A stretch of 64,000 nucleotides of DNA from Amphiscolops sp. MND2022 (lineage: Eukaryota). Position 1 is the first letter of the stretch, and every line of letters starts with the position of its first letter. Shown here piece by piece: positions 57,035 through 64,000 of this stretch. A program made the position numbers and the translations under genes. The notes below the pieces were generated by a model, which saw only the letters and a list, made by a program, of their open reading frames with translations, ran no database searches and was not told the origin of the DNA. The stretch lies in assembly GCA_964187785.1 (NCBI GenBank), contig OZ076409.1, positions 11,782,001-11,846,000 of the forward strand. Reading direction: 5' to 3'.

Positions 57035-58703
57035 AACGACAGAGCATTTTACAGAGACGCGTGATGAAAATTTCACTGCTCTCGCCTGAAAAAAAATCTG
57101 TACTTTCAAAGCCACCGGTTAGAAAATGTATCCATTGTCTATTAATTTGCAATACTTCTCAATTTTACGCGCTTCAGCGTCGGTGGTTCCGAGTTGCATA
57201 AGGAGCCTTGATTCAGGCGACCATGTGCAAGAGCATCTCAACCATGATATCTCACACCAGCTGTTTACCCATTTCCCAAGGAATCATAATAACACCGTCT
57301 GGGCGTTTGCCATCAGTTCCGTACATTTCACTCGGTTCGAGCATTGAATGCCAGTCGAGAGATCGCAACGCCTGCTTTTTGACAGAATTGAGAGTAGCAT
57401 GGCGCATAAGCAACCGGCTTGCTTGGTGCAAGAAAGATCGTGTTAACCGTCCCATTCAACTCTTTCACCACAGTGGCACGTATGCGCGACACAGATGTTG
57501 GCTCCGAGACGTAAACCAACTGGAATTCGAAACTGCTGTTCATCAAGTTTCAGGCCTAAATTCTTACAAGGAACGACGTTCAGGCATTGAGACCCGAATC
57601 TGCCATGATGAGCGTTAAAAACTTTCGAACGTTTGTCATCCAGTCTAGAAATTAAATCGTGGGCAGTTTTGACGTAGACAAGTTGTCCCCAATTTTTCTG
57701 GGTTCGATCGAGAGGACTTTCCTGCTCATTCGTCAAACTCAGCCATTTCTCAAACGCTTTTGTTTACAAAACATCTTCGAATGTTTCCGAGAAATTCATC
57801 GTGAGAACCAAAAAAGCGGGAAGTGATAATCATGATGCGAATTAAACCCCGAGACCACCTAATTCAGCAGGCACAGCCTGCTGAGTACTCGAATTATCGT
57901 CGTAGTTCACGTTACTTATTTTAGAAAGCCCATCGCGTACGGTTTTGTCATACTTTGTCGTACGGTTTTCCAAGAGAGCTGGATGATTAAAACATGTACT
58001 GGTTCTCAGGATATACAACAACTTTGGCAGACTGAAACAATTTTTCACCAAAAAACCATATTGCGCATCTGGTTTTTGAACAATTCCAATAACTTTTTCA
58101 GTTCATTACTTTTCTTTACCGATAAGTCTGCTTGTGATTTCGGGCCGAGCGGTGAACCAAGAATGATAAGTTCATCTGTCTTTGGTGTTTTGAATTCGGT
58201 GCAAAGGTTTTGTATTGGAAAGATGCTAAAAGTGTCTATCGTCGTTTTTCAGTGATGTCACCAAAAAGAAAATTTGCATTCCGTGGGTTTATTTTTGAGT
58301 CCCAGCGTTTTTTCCGCTTCAAAAGTTTTTTGAGATCCTTCAAATTTGTTCCGTAATCATCACTTGAATTTCCATTGTCAAGATACCATAGGTTTATTTT
58401 CGACTCCAAACTGTTCATCATATCCTGAATGTAATCCAAAAACAAAATTGGAGACTCAAGATCTCCTTGCTGTGTCCCATCACAAGATTTGATTACTGAA
58501 TCACTGTAAAAAGGAAAGGTTGGCTACCACCTGTACGCCGAGTGTGAGTACTTTCAAACTTCAGTGTGTATTTCGAAAGTTTTCTCTAACATGACATGAC
58601 GTTTTATTGAATTGAAAGCGTTTTCAGAGTCAATGTTCAAAATTACGTATTTTTTTGGGCTGGGGTTTTCTACCAAACAACGGAAAACATGTGAGGCCAA
58701 TTC
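57035..58703 (-). mobile_element. Second CRE-like copy, inverted relative to 54960-56642
   Basis: ORFs 57842-58051 and 58236-58445 mirror 55605-55814 and 55211-55420. Confidence 0.88.
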
Positions 58704-58705
58704 GC

Positions 58706-59460
58706 CTAGAACAACCCCTGGAGATCTGGATAACAAATAGGGTACAGAGGCTATCAAAGTAGCACTTCGAACATTGAGAAACAAAAAAACAAACATGCTG
58801 AAAAGCTTTTCGAACATTAGATCATCATCAGTCAAATCTAAAATTATGAATTTTACACAGAGCTAAAGTAAGCATAGGTTTGTTAAACAAGGTGTAAGGA
58901 TAGATACTATCAGACAAAGAGACGCTATGTGTGAGAAGGAAGAGGGCTCCAGTTTTATAACGCGTAATGGAGGCTATCCAATCTGAATTTTTCTTTGGTG
59001 TTGACAACAGGCTTGCTCCGTTTTACATATTTTGCCTCCAATGCGAGGAGCGTCACGGTATCAGACATAGAGTCGGAACATCAGCACTAGTGAGTTTTTG
59101 AATAAAGGCTTGAAAGTGAAGGTTGATAGGGGCGTTCTTCATCCCATGCTCTTTGAATCGCGTTGATACGTGTCGGATAGTCTGTCCGATGCAGGTACCA
59201 GCACATGCTGGCCACGTTATGGTCTATACCACGCGACTCTTAAGAAGGGACGTGACGGGTTCCTCCAATGAATGAGCACACCTTGCTTCTGGACTTAGTG
59301 AAAACAAAATAAAAGGGAGAGCCTGGTAGTAGGTATTCCAGCCTTTTGTTTGAAATGTTTGCTTTTCTTGCCCCTGTGTTCGACAGGCGTCACTGCAGAG
59401 AATTTTTGTCCGTTGGATACAGTGTTATTACTCGGACCACTTTCTTTGGAACCAGTGATG
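58706..59460 (-). mobile_element. Penelope-like element 3' part (GIY-YIG endonuclease remnant plus 3' repeat)
   Basis: SRVV.TI..C..CIGQTIRHVSTRFKEH; near-duplicate of 59963-60715. Confidence 0.75.
58798..58835 (-). ncRNA. Minimal type I hammerhead ribozyme motif (Penelope-associated)
   Basis: UUGA-CUGAUGA-UGAUCUAAUGUUC-GAA-AAGCUU-U-UCAG. Confidence 0.6.
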
Positions 59461-59962
59461 AACGGGACGGTTTACATGGTCTTTCTTGCATCAAGTGCGC
59501 TGGTTGCTTCTCACGTCATGCTACTCTCAATTCTCTAACAAAAAAGGAATGGGATCTATCGACTTGCCTTCAATGCTTGCGCTGCGTGGGCTGTACCGAA
59601 TTGATGGCAAACGCCCAGACGGTGTTACCATGATTGCTTGGGAAAAACAGCTGGTGTGGGATGTCACGGTTGTGGATGCTCTTGCTGCCAGTCGCCTGAA
59701 TCAAGGCTCTTTATCAACCCGGGAACCACCGCCACCGAAGCTGTACCATATTTTTTGAGATCTTTCAAAACGGTTCCGTAATCATCACTTGATTTTCCAT
59801 TGTCAAGGTACCATAAGTTTATTTTCGACTCCAAACTGTTCATCAGATCCTGAATGGAATCCAAAAACAAATCTGGAGACTCAGGATCTCCTTGCTGTGT
59901 CCCTTCACAAAATTTGAGTACTGAATCACCGTAAAAAAGAAAACTAGGCTGACTGTATCAAT

Positions 59963-61960
59963 TAGAACAACCTCTGGAGATCTGGATGACAAATAGGGTA
60001 CAGAGGCTATCAAAATAGCACTTTGAACATTGAGAAACAAAAATACGAACATGCTGAAAAGCTTTTCGAACATTAGATCGTCATCAGTTAAATCTAAAAT
60101 TATGAATTCACACAGAGCTAAAGTAAGCATAGGTTCGTAAAACAAGGTGTAAGGATAGATACTATCAGACAAAGAGACGCCATCTGTGAGAAGGAAGAGG
60201 GCTCCAGTTTTAGAACGCGTAATGGAGGCTATCCAATCTGAATTTTTCTTTGGTGTTGACAACAGGCTTGCTCCGTTTTACATATATTGCCTCCAATGCG
60301 AGGAGCGTCACGGTATCAGACATAGAGTCGGAACATCAGCACTAGTGAGTTTTTGAATACAGGCTTGAAAGTGAAGGTTGATAGGGGCGTTCTTCATCCC
60401 ATTCTCTTTGAGTCGCGTTGATACGTGTCGGATAGTCTGTCCGATGCAGGTACCAGCACATGCTGGCCACGTTATGGTCTATACCACGCGACTCTTAAGA
60501 AGGGATGTGACGGGTTCCTCCAATGAATGAGCACACCTTGCTTCTGGACTTGGTGAAAACAAAATAAAAGGGAGAGCCTGGTAGTAGGTATTCCAGCTTT
60601 TTGTTTGAAATGTTTGCTTTTCTTGCCCCTGTGTTCGACAGGCATCACTGCAGAGAATTTTTGTCCGTTGGATACAGTGTTATTACTCGGACCACTTTCT
60701 TTGGAACCAGTGATGATCTTGTTCAATGTTGAATTGGTGATACCTTCATTTATGTATTTTGGGTAATGGTTGTTTCTGAGAATGTTATGGGCTTCAATGA
60801 TATCGTTGTTGAAAATTTTTCAATTGCTGCTGGTCATGTATATCCTGAAGCATACCAGCGACATTAGACTTTTTCTAAAGATCAGGACTCGATGTGGGAA
60901 AAGTGAGCAACACCCAGTCTCGTTCCAGTACCACTGTGAAGATAAACTTCCGTCAGCGTGTCTCTGAATTTTTATATCCAGGAACACAATACAGACTTGA
61001 TTGTCAGATGTTTCAAGTGTGAATTTAAGATTTTCGTGCAATGTGTTGACACAACCCAGTGAGTACGAATCACCACCGAAATGCAAAGTTCTTATAGCAT
61101 CATCCACATACCGGTTGTAGCATTTGCTAAACGATTCCATTTCAGCGTCATGTTTGGAAACATATATTTTAGCGAGTAGCGAACGCACTGAATTTCGCAA
61201 TGCGACACCATCATCAATCTGTTTGAAGTACCCTCGATGTGTTAGCAAAATTACGTCCTTTGAAACCCTTTCGAGAAGTACCTTGAAGGTTGAATTGTCA
61301 ATCCCCGCAGGAGCATGGTGAGTGGTGTATAAGAGGTCCACTGTGTAATTTAATGCTTTCACATAGAGGAACTTTAGTAAACAAGCTCATTATATCGAGA
61401 CTCACAACAACTTCATAGTCATCCAGTTTCGATGTCTGAATTGTGTGAGCACATCGTTCAAGCAGTCCTGATATTAGCTTCAGGCAATTTCTCCAGGAAG
61501 TTGGGAAGGGCTCAAGGAAGATTCTCGTATTGTGAGCCAGGCATTGAGAAATGAACATTACTTATTCCATGCCTGGTTAAAACCATTGAAAAAATTGCGA
61601 ACAGCCCGTCAGCGCCCCGCTCAAAAACATGGAGAAAACAAGAACCATACTCTCAGTACCAAAAAACAAACAAAGAACAGGCCCTTGAGACTCGAAAACC
61701 ACGATTCCTCGACTGAATACCAAATCTGTGATACAATTGCTCCGAAAAAGTAGCAAAATGCCGTTGACACAAAAACGCCACTCTGAGCGCCAAGAACGGA
61801 GTGAAATGTTGAAAAACAATTTTCATACCTAATTGGTCAATTTTCGACTGAATTTGGTTATGTTTCTCAGATACCAGTGATTCGATTTTGATGTCATCGC
61901 TTACATAGGACACTAACAATTTGTTGTCAAAATCGTTGTTAAAATGGTTGTGAATACAAA
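59963..61960 (-). mobile_element. Decayed Penelope-like retroelement (RT plus GIY-YIG); further RT fragment at 62590-63062
   Basis: SLDIMSLFTKVP, YFKQIDDGVA, YNRYVDD, LKFTLE, FLDIKI, followed by the GIY-YIG block. Confidence 0.82.
60054..60091 (-). ncRNA. Second minimal hammerhead ribozyme motif
   Basis: UUAA-CUGAUGA-CGAUCUAAUGUUC-GAA-AAGCUU-U-UCAG; one stem I mismatch. Confidence 0.5.
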
Positions 61961-63073
61961 ATAATTCTGGCTACTGTTCTCGGCTCCCAGTTATACGATT
62001 TCGATGACACTTCGCACGCATGAGCACCGTTGGGTCTATGAATACTGTGTCAAAATTGTATAAAAACCGTAAACAATGATTCGAGACAACACAGAGGAGT
62101 GAGAAGCATCTGACGCTGTTTTGTTGGTTTGTTCGTTTGACTGAAAGATAACACGAAATCCGGTGTTCTATCCCCCACCTCAAGACTCCAGTTGTAATTT
62201 TGTTGCCTTCCCCTACTAATTTGGCAAGAGGCTTTGTTTTTATGGCGAGCTTGACCCGCACCCAAATGAGGTATAACAACTCAAGCTCGACATGAATGTG
62301 AGAAGATAGCCATTACAGGACTCGAACCTGCATCTTAAGATAAATATAAACCAATAGACCAAATGGCTCATTTAACCTTACCAATCTCTCGACTTATCAC
62401 TGACAACGCCCTTCTTATGATGTTATTCCTTCAAAAATTTATGTTTCGATGAAAAACAATGAAACTTCTAGCGCCCCTTAGTGCCTAAAGCCCTCAGGCA
62501 CGGTAAACTGTGTACAATATAACATTTTTAACGGATGGGTCCAATTAACGTGCGATAATTCCGGTTGCTGACTTTACTGCCAACATTTACGTTCCAGTAC
62601 CACCGTGAAGATAAACTTCCGTCAGCGTGTCTCTGAATTTTTATATCCAGGAACACAACACAGACTTGATTGTCAGATGTTTCAAATGTGAATTTAAGAT
62701 TTTCGTGCAATGTGTTGACACAACCGAGTGAGTACGAATCACCACCGAAACGCAAGGTTCTTATAGCATCATCCACATACCGGTTGTAGCATTTGCTAAA
62801 CGATTCCGTTTCAGCGTCATGTTTGGAAACATATATTTTAGCGAGTAGCGAACGCACTGAACTTCGCAATGCGACACCATCATCAATCTGTTTGAAGTTC
62901 CTTCGATGTGTTAGCAAAATTACTTCCTTTGAAACCCTTTAGTTTAGTGGAGTATAAGAGGTCCACTGTGTAATTTAATGCTTTTACATAGAGGAACTTT
63001 ATAAACAAGCTCACTATATCGAGACTCACAACAACTTCATAGTCATCCAGTTTCGATGTCTGAATAGTGTGTT

Positions 63074-63485
63074 GATGACACTGCGCACGCATGAGCACCG
63101 TTGGGTATAAAAATACTGTGCCAAAAATGTACAAAAACCTTAAGCAATGATTTGAGACAACACAGACGAGTAAGAAGCATCTGACGCTGTTTTGTTTGTT
63201 TGTTCGTTTGGCTGAAAGGTAACACAAAATCCGGTGTTCTATCCCCCACCTCAAGACTCCGGTTGTAAATTTTTTTCCTTCTTTACTAATTTGGCAAGAG
63301 TTTTGTTTTTTGGGTAGCTTGACACAAACCCAAATGAGGTATAACAACCCAAGCTCGACATGAATGTGAGAAGATAGCCATTACAGTGCTCGAACCTGCA
63401 TCTTAAGATAAATCTAGCTGTCAAGTGCCTTAACCACTAGACCAAATGGTTAATTTAATCTTACCAATCTCTCGACTTATCACTG
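63074..63485 (-). mobile_element. tRNA-derived SINE plus shared flank (duplicated at 62012-62403; body fragment at ~27945-28017 on +)
   Basis: TGGTCTAGTGGTTAAGG A box, GGTTCGAG B box, AAAC-rich tail. Confidence 0.6.
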
Positions 63486-64000
63486 ATGTCGCAGGCTGCC
63501 GCCTGTGATGGTACAAGGATCACTACTACCGCAGAAGGACAGGAAATAGCGGCCGGAACTCTACCAATATTTTAGAGGTAAACATTAAAAACACAAACTT
63601 TGCTATTATTTTTTAGTCTACAAGTTGTACCTGTTATCGTTGCAAATTTTACACTTAGTATATAGTTTGCTGATATTAGTCCGTTAATGCCAACATTTGA
63701 AAATTCAGATGATGTATTGATAATTGTAAGAGCTAGAAGTGCAGTATGAACACGCTGTTATAGCAATAGATAGGCAGCTAGAAAGCGTGAAGGAAACGAG
63801 TTCAAGTGAACGTAACTCCAATTCCGGAGACGTCACTTGAGCTCAACCTGTTAGCCAATCATATTCATCCATTTGAGTAATAGTAGTGCTGTAGTTAATT
63901 AATGACCGGTTTAGGCCATATGCCGGAACTTCATCTTTATCTATTGGCGCTTTAGTCAAACGGCCGGTTCCGGCCTTAATGTTCAGATGAAAGAATATTA

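Overview
AT-rich, intron- and transposon-dense animal (bilaterian invertebrate) genomic DNA; a 200-N scaffold gap at 28018-28217 splits the window. Two spliced minus-strand genes can be rebuilt with phase-consistent GT-AG introns. (1) CFAP61, a cilia/radial-spoke protein: 17 coding exons from ATG 21125 down to 247, continuing past position 1. Its normally low-complexity central region appears to hold a complete but catalytically degenerate Ras/Rab-like fold spread over six exons. (2) A CTCF orthologue with 11 zinc fingers (44385-30653). Its probable N-terminal exons carry an SVYDF cohesin-binding-type motif and are present twice in a 3.3-kb tandem duplication (46448-53080). A very young full-length Ty3/gypsy element (37141-43080; LTRs differ at 1 of 239 nt; TSD TTAAC) sits 26 nt from a CTCF splice donor. 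The remainder is TE material: Helentron/DINE-1-like elements, hAT- and Tc1-type MITEs, 9-bp-TSD foldback/MULE-like elements that share one structured core but have different terminal arrays, decayed CRE-like and Penelope-like retroelements (the latter with minimal hammerhead ribozymes), and tRNA-derived repeats. All homology calls are from reading and recall, not database searches.
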